From Heteronotia binoei (taxonomy: Eukaryota), in assembly GCF_032191835.1 (NCBI RefSeq), contig NC_083228.1, positions 53,630,001-53,694,000 of the forward strand: a stretch of DNA of 64,000 nt. The letters are read 5' to 3'. The translations under genes and the position numbers were made by a program. Below are positions 23,031 through 35,304 of this stretch, piece by piece. The notes beneath the pieces are model-generated. The model did not search any database and was not told the DNA's origin. It worked only from the letters and a program-made list of their open reading frames with translations. The first letter of the stretch is position 1. Each line of letters opens with the position of its first letter.

Positions 23031-24551
23031 AGGTACCCTTCGAGCAATTAAGTAAACAAATATTAGTGCATGAGTTAGATTCCTTTTTTCATTCCTTAAA
23101 TCTTCAATAACCAGGGTGACAGTCATGGTGGGGAGGGACAGGGACCTGTTGTCTATATTCGTAATTACCAGTGTGGTTCAATATTCTTTCAGCAGATATA
23201 TACAATGTGTTACTTTTTTAGAACAAGGAGCAATGTTTTATATGCATTTAAAATAAGCAAAATGCTGTCAACGCATTTTAGCTTAAAGCAGCTCTTGTAT
23301 TCACCTTTTTGTCCAGTCCAGAAAATATGTATTGTTACTTAGTGTCCCCAGTTACTGATAATGCTAGCCTCACCTAAGAGGTGAGACTCTATATCTTCAG
23401 GTGACATTTTTGTCTTAGCTCAGGAGAAATAAGCTAACTAATTTATGCAGTAGCTCACAACTTTCATGCCAGTAGCTCATTAAATAGAATTTTTGCTCAC
23501 AATACTCCACAGCTTAGAGGCCGTATTGCTACTCAGTCCCTTTTCTTAGCTTCTTTCACTGCTAGTCTCACTGGCTAGCCTTAAAACCAACTGGTCTTCC
23601 ACACAGCATCCTCACCTGGTAAGGGACTTCTTCCCCTTTGATTCCAAAATCTCCTCTTTGGATTGGTTTTCTTCAGATTTTGTTTCTAGCAGCCAGCAGC
23701 ACGCTGCTAGGCTGCTGGAACGTCTTTGCCTCCCTGAGAGGAAAGGGAGGACTTTTGCAGCCCTTTGGGGCATGCTTTTGAAGGGGCAGGGCTTGCTGTG
23801 ATAGCAGCAACACCATCTGCCCCTACCTCAGTCTCCAGGCTGAGATCAGGGCAGATGGGGCTTCTTTGGCAGCTCTGCTGTGTTTGTCAGTTTCAGGGCA
23901 GGGAGGCTGAGCAGCACATTCACTTGCTCCTCTGCTGCCTGATCGGATCATAGATAAGGCGCGCTCCTGAAGAGCGGCCTGGACGGAGGTTGTAGGAGCT
24001 TCTCAAGTTCAGTTGCTGTGATCAGGCCTCTGATAAGGCCCCATGGCTGGAGTTTCTCAGCGTTGGACTGGTGGCATTTTGGAAGAGAAGCTCCATTTCA
24101 CGGCCTGTTATTTCTTCCCTTTCTCCCCCCCCTCCCTCCCCCAAACTAAGGAATTGAGGTTTCTCAGGGTGGTGGTGTTTTTCTGTGCACCTTTCCTTTT
24201 TAGTTTGGCCAAGGGGAGGGGGATTTTGTACGGGACCAAAATTTTGTTTTCTGGGCTGCTTCAGGCTGGGTCGGCCATATTTACTTCTTCTTCATAAGGA
24301 CAGCGACCATTTTGGAGGCAGTGGAGCAGAGGCCATTTTGGGGGTCTGTTTCAGTATAAGGCAGCTTCATATGGGCATCCAGTATCAGCTTCAAGTGGTT
24401 GTTCTTTGTGAAGGTGTAGGCAGCCATTTTAAGTGGAGCCTGGCGACAGCCATTTTAGGACAGCAGCCATTTTAGGTCAGTTTCAGTGAATTCAAGGGCA
24501 ACCATTTTTATGGGCATTTTGTTAGTTTTTATTTTTATCTCGGTTTGCAAA

Positions 24552-25899
24552 ATGCCTGGGAAGAAAGGGTATGAGAAGCCTAAAGGCAAGCAGGCTGCAC
24601 CCAAGGCCCCTAAGGCCCTGCCAAAAAGGCCAGCCCCCCTTTCATCTTCTTCCGATGAGGAGGGCAATGAGGGGGTTAATACAGCTATTCTGCAAAGGCT
24701 TTCGGCATTGGAAAACGTGGCAGGCATTCCTTCCTCGTAGAGGTCAGGCTTGAGCTAGGGAAAAATCTCTAAGGTGGCATTCAGGCTGATATAATAACTA
24801 GGTTGTCTATCCTTCAGGGCAGGTCTGCAGGACTTGGCGCTGGAGGAGTCGAGGGCACCGGCAGTGCAGATGGAGGTGCAGCTTTTTTTCCAGAAGATGC
24901 CAGAGCAGGGTCAGCACTGGTGCCGACTGGATCCGGGGGTAAGGCTGGGGGTACTACACAGTCAGACACAGGCATGGCTTGGTCATGGGGTCCTTGGGCC
25001 CCTACTTCTCAGGTGGTGCCAGGTGCTGCTGCTGGGCTTCAGGTACCTCTCCCTCCATGGGCATTGATCCGCAGCAAGCTTGGTTATGGCCAACGGGCCA
25101 GTTTGGCCCCATGGACCCTGGCCTGTGGCTGGTCAGCAAGGGATGGCATGCCCCTTTTCGGGGGGATGGGGCTGTTCCCCTCAGTTCAGTGCTGCATATG
25201 GGTCGGTCCCATTTACCGCCATGCCTTTTGAGGGCATAGCGTTACCTTTAGGCGATCATTTGTTGCCTGTAACAAAGGATAAGATCCTACAGGGTGAGTA
25301 TGTTGACATTTTCTCCCTCCTCTTCCGTGAGTTGGAGAAGAAAGATAAAGAGGAGTTGGATGACAAAGAAAAAGAGAAATTGAAGAAGCTCAAAGTGGAC
25401 CAGACTTGGGCCAATTGGCTGCCTGGGTTTTTTATATATGCTGGCGTGGTTGCACATGCCCAGCCTTGGCAGGCGGCTGAGCTCATCCAGTATATGGATA
25501 TCATTTATGATGTTTAGTGCGCCTGCCTGGATTCAATATGATGAAGAATTCAGGATGAGGACTGCTTTGTACCCTTCCCTTCAGTGGGATTGCATCCACC
25601 AGCAGTTGTGGCTTCAGGTCATGTCCCCAGCGCGACCAAATATAGGTGACCATTCTGACAGTGGTCATTTGGTTGCTAGAACATTGGCTACTTCTTCTGC
25701 TTCATCATCCTCTTCCTGCAGTTCTGCGGGGCAGGTGGTTCAACCCCACTTGCTTTGCTGGGAGTTTGGCTCGCAAGGAGTGTGCAGCAGGAAAGCTTGT
25801 CAGTTCAAGCATGAATGCCCCATGTGTGGTGGCCCGCACTCCTTTAGTAACTGCCCCAGAGCCCGGCCACGTAAGGGCCAAAAGAGACAGGCCACGTAA
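24552..25899 (+). pseudogene. DIRS/Ngaro gag-like ORF (disrupted) with C-terminal zinc fingers
   Basis: MPGKKGYEKPKGK... ; LGDHLLPVTKDKILQGEYVDIFSLL; YDEEFRMR; CWEFGSQGVCSRKACQFKHECPMCGGPHSFSNC; split by stops and frameshifts. Confidence 0.8.
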
Positions 25900-25979
25900 G
25901 GGCCAAAAGGTGGGAGTGGAAGTACTTACCAAGCTGGAAAAGGGGCCCAGTTTGATAAAGGTTGGACCTCTTGAGCAGT

Positions 25980-27389
25980 GACTGTATAGGTACCCACGAA
26001 GAGCTGATAGGGTTTACTTGTTAAATGGTTTCATGTTTGGTTTTAGAATGCCTTTTTAGGGTACCCAGGTTGCATTTCAGTCTGGGAACCTTAGTTCTGT
26101 TAAAGGTTTAGAGCATGTAGTTAAAGATAAGATTGCCAAGAAGTTAGCAGAGGGCAGGATTTTGGGCCCATTTCTTAATCCTCCAGTGCCCAACCTTAGG
26201 GTTTCCCCCTTGGGAGTGGTGCCAAAGAAGGTGCCTGGTGAATTTTGTTTGATTCACCACCTTCCCTACCCCAAGGGTGTGTCAGTTAATGATGGGATTC
26301 CTGAGCATTTATGCTCAGTTAGGTACACCGACTTTGATCAGGCCGTGGGAGTTGCACATGAACAGAGCTTTGCCAATGGGCTGTTCTGTCTCATGTGCGA
26401 CATTTGAGTGTTTCAGCACATTCTTGGAAAAAGTTCGTGAAAAGTTGGATCTCAGGATGTTGTTCATTATTTGGATGACTACTCTTTGTGGGTCCTGCAG
26501 GGACTAGGCGTTGCGCATGGCTGCTGTCTGGCTTCATTCAGCTGGCTGCAGAACTGGGGGTTCCGTTGGTGCAGGAAAAAATGGAATGTCTGGCCCAAAA
26601 ACTTATTTTCTTTTAGGGATTGATCTGGATACCCTGGCACAATTGTCCAGAATTCCTATTCAAAAAGTGGAAGATTTGAGGAATAGGATTAATTCCTTCC
26701 TTCTTAAGAAAAAGATCACATTGCTTGAGCTCCAGCAGCTAGTTGGGCATCTTAACTTTGCTTACAAAGTGGTTGCTCCTGGACAAGCTTTTCTTCGTAG
26801 GCTATGTAATGCTATGGCAGGCCTTTGCCTGCCCCAACATAGAACACAGGTTATCAGCAGCATGAGGGAGGATTTAAGGGTATGGCAAGAATTTGTGGAG
26901 TCCTTTAATGGGATTTCTTTTTGGAGAGACGACATGAGGCTTAAGGCAGAGCTTCAGGTCATGTCTGATGCTGCTGGGTCTTTAGGTTTTGGGGTTTATT
27001 TCCACGGACACTGGTGCGCTGACGCATGGTCAGAGTCATGGGCTCAGGTAGGTTTGAACCAAGATTTAACGTTTGAGTTTTTTCCCATTCTTGTTGCAGT
27101 TTGGCTGTGGGGGAATTATATGGCCAATTGCACAATTTATTTTTGGTGTGATAATATGGCAGTGCTCCATGTCATTAATTCCCTTTCATCCAAATCTCAA
27201 AGGGTTATGAAATTGGTGAGGGCCTTCACTCTGCATTGTCTGCGGCTTAACATACTGTTTGTAGCCAAGCATGTTCCTGGGGTAGATAACAGGGTAGCTG
27301 ACGCTCTCTCTCGTAAACAGATGGAGAGGTTTTGTCAGCTGGCCCCAGATGCCAATCGAGAGCTGGTGCCATTGCCCCAGGAGCTATGA
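25980..27389 (+). pseudogene. DIRS/Ngaro reverse transcriptase + RNase H (disrupted)
   Basis: SPLGVVPKKVPGEFCLIHHLPYPKGVSVNDGI; ALPMGCSVSC; HYLDD (about 26465); SDAAGSLGFG; FWCDNMAV; HVPGVDNRVADALSR; internal RT deletion near 26350. Confidence 0.9.
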
Positions 27390-27806
27390 CTGATTGGAGA
27401 GCCGAGGCCTGCAGAGCGATAGGCCTAGCCATTGCGCCTAGCACCAGGAAGTCCTACAAACGTGCCGTGTGACAGTTTGAGGACTTTAGGGCTAAGGTAA
27501 GATATCACATTGTTTGGCCCCTCCCGCTGGAGCAGTTGCTCCATTACTGTGTTTCTCTAAAAGGTAAGGGATTGGCTGTGCAATCCATTAGGGGACGCCT
27601 GTCTGCTCTGGCTTTTGCTAGCAAGGCGTTGGGAGGAAACAGCAGACTTTCAGCTTCGAAAGATGCTGGAGGGATGGGCCAGAGAGGCTGGGACTAATCT
27701 CGATACTAGGAAGCCTATTTTCCCTCTGATTCTTAAGGGTTTGAAGGGGGTGTGTGCACCTTATTTTGAGTCTTCACTGTTCCATGCTGCTTCCTTGGCC
27801 AGTCTA
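27386..27806 (+). pseudogene. Tyrosine recombinase N-terminal part (truncated before the catalytic core)
   Basis: ATG overlaps the RNase H stop (ATGA 27386-27389); MTDWRAEACRAIGLAIAPSTRKSYKRAV*QFEDFR...RLSALAF...RKMLEGWAR...DTRKPI...LFHAASL. Confidence 0.8.
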
Positions 27807-28490
27807 GCTGCTGCATTCTGCACCAGCTGTAGTCTCCAGATTTGAGACAAGGGCAGCCCCATGTAGAGGGCATTACAATAGTCCAATCTTGAGGTGACTG
27901 TAGCATGGATCAGTTGCCAGGTCGCCACAGTCAAGGAAAGGGACCAACTGCCTTGCCCGCCTAAGACGGAAAAAGGCAAATTTGGCAGTGGCTGCTATCT
28001 GGGCCACCATTGTCAGTAGCACTCCCAAGCTCCCAGTAGCACTCCAGTAGCACTCCCAAGCTTCTGACTTTGGATGCCACTTCAAGTGGCACACCATCAA
28101 AAGCTGGCAGGGGGATTCTCCTTCCCTGGCCACCACAGCTCAGGCAAAGAACCTCTGTCTTTGTCAGCTTCAGCTTCAGTTGACTCAGCTTAAGTCACCC
28201 TGCCACGGCCTTCAACACCAAATTCAGGTTTTCTGGGGTACAGGTAGACTGACCATTCTTCAGTAGATAGAGCTGGGGGTCATCAGCATACTGATGGCAA
28301 CCCAACCCATATCTCCTGCCAATTTGGGCAAGGGGGCGCATATAGATGTCAAACAACATCAGGGAAAGCACTGCCCCCTGAAGCACACCACAATTACATG
28401 GGTGCCTCTGGGATGACTGTCCCCCAATCACCACCCTTTGTCCCCGGCCATGGAGAAAAGAGGGGAGCCATTGTAAGGGCAACCCCTGAA
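27807..28490 (-). mobile_element. L2 LINE fragment (RT C-half)
   Basis: GVLQGAVLSLMLFDIYM, HQYADDPQLY, TSRLDYCNALYMGLP, LQLVQNAAARL; same family as 3.3-5.95 kb. Confidence 0.9.
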
Positions 28491-29645
28491 TCCTGAAGGT
28501 AAAGGAGTCTGTAAGCTGCTCTGAGACTCTGAGGTTCAGAGTGAAGGGTGGGGTATAAATCCAATATCATCCTGGAAATTCCAGCCTGCTATAACAAAAG
28601 CAGTCTCCAACCAACCATACGCAACAAGGATCATGGTGGAGGATGTAAGATGAATTATGCACATGGCACTTCAGAGATGTTTCTGTAAACCAATAATACT
28701 TGCAAGAAGTGAACCATGACTCAAGGAAACATCAAGACGAAGGTTGCTTGGCCTCTGGGAGATCAGTGAATGTGTAAGGTGGGAAGAAGGAAGAGACACC
28801 AGGATGGAAAAGGTAGAGGCAGGCAAACACTGCAACCAATCAGCACCCGCAGAATGGATGAACTATACAGGCTGAGCCACAGTGCTACCTTGTGACACTT
28901 GACAAGAATGTGAGTGACCTTGGGTTGAACATGGGTTAGGAGCTTGTAAATGTAAATTGAGAATTTGGGACAGGTGAGAATTAGAAGCAGGACAAACTTA
29001 GTGTAAAAGACAAGAGATAATCAGGGATATATGTGAGATTATCGAACCCCAAAGACATCCCAAGATACAAGTCATAGTCTGAAATGCCCCTCTGTGACTC
29101 TCATGCAAGGCTTTTTTTTCTGGGGGAACACAGCAGAATGGAGTTCCAGAACCTCTTTGTGGAAACAAAATTCTTTAAAAATGTTTGAAAGTTCATGAGG
29201 GGCATCCATGTGTTTCTCTTTCATTTCCCTCTTGAGAGTTCCAGCACCTCTTCTTCCAGAAAAAAAAAGCACTGTATACAAGAGTCAAGGAACTTTCCTT
29301 CATTGTTCTCTACAAAAGCAATTCCTTCCTGTATGAGAAAAGTTGATTACCAGGGTCATGCGACCTGCATGGACTAATAGTGACACAGATAGTGGGGCAG
29401 CTTTAAGAACCAAAATCAACTGCTCCTCCCACTTGCACAAGTGACAATTCTACAGACACAAGAGACCAATTTCTCCAAATCTTTCCTCCTCAGTTGAGAC
29501 CCCTGTCCTGACTCATCTGGTTATTGGTTTATGTGTGTTCTGTAACCCTGGGAATCAACTTTCTAGATGCTGGAACATGGGGGATGCTGGAAAGATCTGC
29601 AGCCATCAACACCTTCTGCTGACAAACTCTGAGATCCAACTCTAT

Positions 29646-29911
29646 GGCCGTTTTCCCACTGACCTTACCCCGGAGCAACGTCCCTCTTCACAGTGCAGCG
29701 TCTGCACGGATTTCCCACCAATTGCTGTGCAGAACCAGGAAGAGCCGCGACTTTTGCGTCGCAGATGTAAACTGTTTTTTAGCGGTCTACATCTGCGATG
29801 CAAAAGCCGCGGCACTTCCTGGTTCTGCGCAGCAGTTGGTGGGAAATCCGCGCAGACGCTGCGCGGTGAAGAGGGACGTCGCTCCCTGGTAAGGTCAGTG
29901 GGAAAATGGCC
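29646..29911. mobile_element. 266-bp near-perfect fold-back element (MITE-like, TA flanks)
   Basis: ggccgttttcccactgaccttacc ... ggtaaggtcagtgggaaaatggcc; arms pair almost to the centre (about 29778); TA near both ends. Confidence 0.85.
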
Positions 29912-31649
29912 TATGTCTTTTACTGACTGTTGGCTTTTCCAGTGTTGCAAGTTAATCATTTGGAATTGGTGTAATATTGTATTATTAATTCTTATGAAAT
30001 GTTCCTAATGTTCCATTCTAAATGTTATTTCTGTCTTTTTGGGTGTTGACACTCAGTTTGAAAGGGAGATGTTATGTATAAACCATCTTTTCAGGGGAAT
30101 TAATACAGTAGACTAGGTATACCAATAACTTTACCACCCACCAACATAAGTTATTTTTGCACTCACACAATGCCTACAATTTACTCTTCTAAAAATCATC
30201 TTTCAGTTGACTGTACCTTAGCAGAATGACATTAAAAAAGAAGATACTGACAATATGTTTGAGGGCATATCTCATGATCAGAAATAATGTATTCAATGGC
30301 ATGACATGTATATATGTGTAAATATCTTAGGGGTATTCCCCCCCCCCCCATATTAGTTCTATGTTTAAAGACAAGCCAAAGAAATTCTAGAGAAATCACA
30401 GATTACTTCTCATTCATGCAACATGATTTACCACAGCTGTAATTCTCAAACCCCAGTTTTCTGCTGAAACACTTTGGACAACAGTAAAAGCAGCCCTGTA
30501 ATTTTGCTGAGTAAGTAGCTTTAGCTGCTGAGGAACAGCATTTAATTTAACAAATTCAGGGAGCAAAAAAGTCAAAATAGGCATCATCTTAAGGCATGAG
30601 TAAAAGACTTAACTGAATGCATGTAATCCATAGGAGAATGAATTTCAAACATTTAATTAGCATAGAAACAGGCAATGCTATTCAGTAGGTTATGAGGAAA
30701 TCAAATAGTCATCGCTGGCAGCCACTCTTTTAAAACCAGAATTGGAGCACAACCCCCCAAGGGCTGTTTCCACCAATTTTCCAATAAATCATGTAATGAC
30801 TTTTAGAAAAGACAGTTATTTAATTCTTGAATTAGAGCTACAGGACCATAACCAAAGACTTGACAGCCCTCTTATGCCACCATACTTTCATATGATCCTT
30901 TTTGCAAAGTAGCTAGCTGGGAAATGATGCATTAATTAGGTAGATGGGGATAGGAGAGAGATTGAAATAAAATGCAGATGGCTGACCTTGCGTGCAGAGA
31001 TCAAAGTTCACCATAGTGGCATATTTTGTTTACAAGCCTGCATCTCCTCTCTGTTCCATCCTATTCAACATAGGGCACTTTTTATTCCAGTTACAGATTC
31101 AAGCTGCTGTTAGAGATGGTCTAACTTCTTGAATATTAAGAGATCACCAGGTGCTCATTGTTAATATTTAGCTAATATTTCTTACAGGAGAAAAACTTTG
31201 CATTTGAGCAGAACCAGAAATGGCAGACATTGTCTTTCAATGTTTAGTAATGGCTGAAGAAAAAACTTTCTCCAAGCAATTGTCAAAGGCCTACACTGGG
31301 TCAGGTTGGTGGGGATGTACAGACACATGTCATTCTGCAGAATATTATGGATTTCCTCTTTATTTCAGTATTGCATTAAGCTCTGAAAAACTGCCCCCCC
31401 AAAACCCATTGTGATATTGAAATCCCCCCCACAACCTGTTCAGAAGTGGTGGGGAACAGGGGGTTTGGTTGTGTGGCCCCCTTGCTATGCAATACTAGGC
31501 CAGCCATAAGTGAAGAGATATCTAAGGAAAATAGATTTTTTTTAAAAAAATGCACTGTGGGTTAACCCCCACCCAAAATAAAGCAGCACCTTTACATTTA
31601 AGAAACGAATGCCCTCTGAGATTTCAGTAGCCATTGCAGGAATTTGTAG

Positions 31650-32469
31650 GCAACATTGCCAGCCTTCAAACCTTGGCTTCTGGCAGTAAAAGGTGGGGAG
31701 TCCCCTGCCACCAGGCCCTACCCCCCAGCTGACAATCAGTTGGCTGGCAGAGAGACTTACCAGTAGGAAGAGGAAAACCTAAGCCACATTGCCAGCATCA
31801 CACAGCTAGTGACATCATCATGCCAGCAACGTCCGAGTGACACTCTGGTAATTTGGGCAAAAACTCTATGGTAGAAGCTTGTTTTGCTATAAAGTTGTTG
31901 CCCAAATAGTAGAGCAGCACCTGAAAGTCACTGTTATAATGTCACTTCCTGTGCAATGCCAGCACCATGGCCTGCAGTGCTGGTGCTGGGCTGCCGCCCC
32001 AGGCAAGCCACCCCCTACCCCCAACTTCCTGCCCACTGCACACCCTTCCCCCCTCCCCACCTGAACCCAGAGGTGGCAGGCTCCAGTTGGCATGCTGGAG
32101 TGCATCTGCTACTGCACCACCGCTGGTACAGGCCACCAGGTGCCCTCACCACTTAAGGCTGGGAAGAGGTGGAGCAGGGGGGGAAGGAGCCAAGAGCTTT
32201 CTTCCTGCCTCACTGCCTCTTGCCTTGCTGCAAGCTACTTTTAGTTGCTGGTGGCTCAGCCTCCCTTGCAGGTTGCTTGGGACACTTGCAGGAAAGGATG
32301 GAGGTGGGAGGGGCACCTGGCACCCCGTGGAGCAGGTGGCACCTGTAGGTGGTCATCTACCTGACCAACTTGGACACACCAGGCTTGATGGCCTGGACCT
32401 TTCTCTTTCTCCAGGTCAGTCCCTCCCCCAATCCTCTGCCAGTTGCCAGGAGAGACCTGGCAATCCTAT
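31650..32469. mobile_element. Degraded TAGGGTTGCCA-type hAT-derived composite repeat
   Basis: Right end tggcaatccta; internal tgacatca...acactctgg...aaaactctatggt motifs shared with 35704-35972; left end unclear. Confidence 0.45.
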
Positions 32470-32522
32470 ATCAGGGAGAGGCCTAGAAGCAATTACTACA
32501 ACATGAAATTGACATAACTTAC

Positions 32523-32635
32523 TCAGATGTGGCAGTTCCTACAACCTGATACCACACAATTTGCTTGGGCCCAATGGTGTCTCCACACAGCTTGTGTGAC
32601 TTGACAGGCCTGACAGCAGCCACCACACAAGTCAT
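32523..32635 (-). other. Candidate exon (113 nt, phase 0-2)
   Basis: Donor TGA|gtaagt, weak acceptor aagttgttcag; open frame MTCVVAAVRPVKSHKLCGDTIGPKQIVWYQVVGTATS. Confidence 0.2.
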
Positions 32636-33038
32636 CTGAACAACTTATTACCATATGACTTTTGCAACTTGGCCAGTCTTCCCAGGGAGAGGCTACCAGG
32701 GGGGCGGGGGGGGAAGCAGAGAGCCACAGTTATGTAGTAGTTAAGAGAGTCAGACTAGGATCTGGGAGAGCCAGGTTCAAACCCCCTCTCTTCCAGGGAA
32801 GCCCGCTGGGTGACCTCAGTCTAATTAGACATAAGAATATTGGTTAAATAATTTTCTAAAACTGTAGTTAGATTGTTGCTTGACTGTATCATCTCAGAAC
32901 ACAGGGAAAGAATTATACTCTGTGTCTCAGACCCAAACTTCCTTAATGTGTCAAGGTGAAAGGTTCTATTGCAGCCTTATCCCTAATATACTAGTTTCCT
33001 ATGCACAATGAGTTTGCACTCAGAATGTAATCACTCAC

Positions 33039-33102
33039 CTGCTTTATCAGATGTCACACCCAATTAGAATTTGTCACTTTTCTCTGAATGTTCACATCAA
33101 CT
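33039..33102 (-). other. Candidate exon (64 nt) with very strong splice sites
   Basis: Acceptor ttctgccctttcttttgatttttcctaag, donor CAG|gtgagt; best frame VDVNIQRKVTNSNWV*HLIKQ with TGA at 33054-33056; closed in all frames. Confidence 0.45.
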
Positions 33103-35304
33103 CTTAGGAAAAATCAAAAGAAAGGGCAGAATTTAATGAGGACATATTTGACTCTCAAGATGCTTTGTTAATATTTTTTCATTAATGCAATGCCTTTAAT
33201 TTTGAATCAGTAAACATGACATTTGACACACAAAAAGAGTTTATTGACTGGGATTTATTGATATCAGATGCCTTTTAAAAAAAAAAGCTATTTAGCAAGT
33301 GTAGAATACCAATAGTCTTTTACAAATAATTTAATTTTGTAACGGCTGCACAGAACTAATGCTTTTATTCAACTCAAATGCAAGTTAGTGTTTATATTGG
33401 CACTACTTTTTAGGCAGTGCTCCTGTTTTTTCTGAAGTCAAAGTACAATACTGGCTTGGTTCTACAGCATTAGGCAATTTTTTAAAAGCCATGAAAATAA
33501 ATAAACTAGATTCAGGAGTATTGAAAGGAGTGTTGCCAGTACACTTTGCAGCATACTCTTTTCAAATACCCAAACCACAACAAGAGATCCACAATTCTTT
33601 TGGGACATCTCCTAGCAAGAGCTGAGGTGCTAGCATCCCCTTAGTAGTGATGGCATTATATAGCATCATATTCACTGTTGTACTTCCCTTTCCAGATTTG
33701 GTTTCTTGAAATTCACTGAAGCAGATCACAAGGACAGAGCAAGGTGGTTAAAAGCAATGGCTGAGCTGTACAAAATCTAGACCATTCTTCAGTTTAGGCA
33801 CTGTAGAGTAGAATTTTCTAATTCTGGTACTTTTTAAGTAGCTCAAACGCAAAATGCACTTTGCTTTTTCTCTTCTTTTTTTGTTTATACTTTTGTTTTC
33901 TTTTTTTGTTTATACTCCAATAGGTCAACTGTCTTGTTCCTTTTAAACTTTCCTAAAACAAGTTATATGGTGGACTGCTTGGTAGAATTCAGCTAACTAT
34001 ACTTATTCACATATTCCCAAGTCTGGATTATTTTTGGTCACAGAGGGCTGGATCTAGATTAAACTAACCACTTCTGCTGGTTCTCCCTTTTTGCTACAGA
34101 ACCCCTACTGTCATTCCTCTAGGTCCCCTATCTCACAGGAGTAGCATTTCATGGAGATCAATGAGCTGCAGAGAGGGAGGGGAGAATCCATTCTGCCATT
34201 GGAAATTTTAGTCTGGATCCCATATGCTCAGTATGCTATTCTTAGTGGCATAGGAGTTGCAAGTTATTCTGTTGTGTATGTGAAGGTATCTACATGTCTG
34301 CACACACAGTATTTGTATATTATGTCAAAGGTGAAGATGGTGGGTATGGGAGGGACATAATCCTAAAGTCCAAAAACATATTCATCTGAAACAATTTTTG
34401 AGAGTGTAAATGAGCCTATACTCTCTACACACAAATACACAATGGACAACATACATGAGGGGATGGTGAGACGAAGTATTAATTTATCCATGATTTCTTT
34501 TTAAATATAATGAATATTACAATTAAATACATTTTAATAAAATAAGATAGTCATATTTGTTCCTCTAGAACATCAGTGAATAAGAGACAGGCTGTTTAAA
34601 CAAAGTCTAAAATCATTTGTTTGGTATGTACTCCATCAAATGCTGCTGCTATGAGGATTTTATAGAATTTGCTTTTTTAAAAAAAAATTACACCCAGGTA
34701 ATTGAGCAGAGGAAAAAATAAAGGTGGGGAAGGGGAAAGGATCAAGGAATAAAAGAATAGTGATTACATCATGAAATGTAATGAAAATATATCTTTGGTG
34801 AGCTCATAAATCAAACCCTGTTGGTATTTGTTCTTGTTTTGCAGGGGGCGGAATAATGGTACAAATTAAGAAACATCATTATTGTAACAGAAACATTCCT
34901 TTCCTTTCATTTTGTAGACTTAGAAGTTCATTGATTCATGAATCTTGAACGGCAGACGTCACTTATTTCTAACCTTTTACAGATACATTCTAAAAAGGCA
35001 TTTCCTGTCTCTTTATCAGAGAAATTTCTTCATATCCATATATATTCCGCTTTGCAGCTAGATTTCTACTCCAGACTTCATGTTTGGACACTTCTGAAAG
35101 CTTTCCAAGCTTTCATCCAAAATCTTCTGCCTATTCAAGGCCATCTGCAACTTAAGATGCATGCAATTAATGGAAATCCAACTATTAAATGGACAAAAGA
35201 TAACTCACAAGCAGTTTATAGAGATACAATACACGCTGATGTCATAACAGCCCTTTTCACCAACTTGGTGAAAAACATGGAAGTAACATTAGAAGTAATG
35301 CCAC

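Larger units (their letters stand above)
23570..27806 (+). mobile_element. DIRS-order (Ngaro-like) tyrosine-recombinase retrotransposon, 3'-truncated
   Basis: Order gag, RT/RNase H, YR; motifs in the sub-features; 5' boundary approximate. Confidence 0.85.

Noticed and set aside
22394-33056. Firm selenoprotein call for the in-frame TGAs
   Set aside because: No SECIS identified, no redox motif, and CGA>TGA decay or non-coding status explains it more simply
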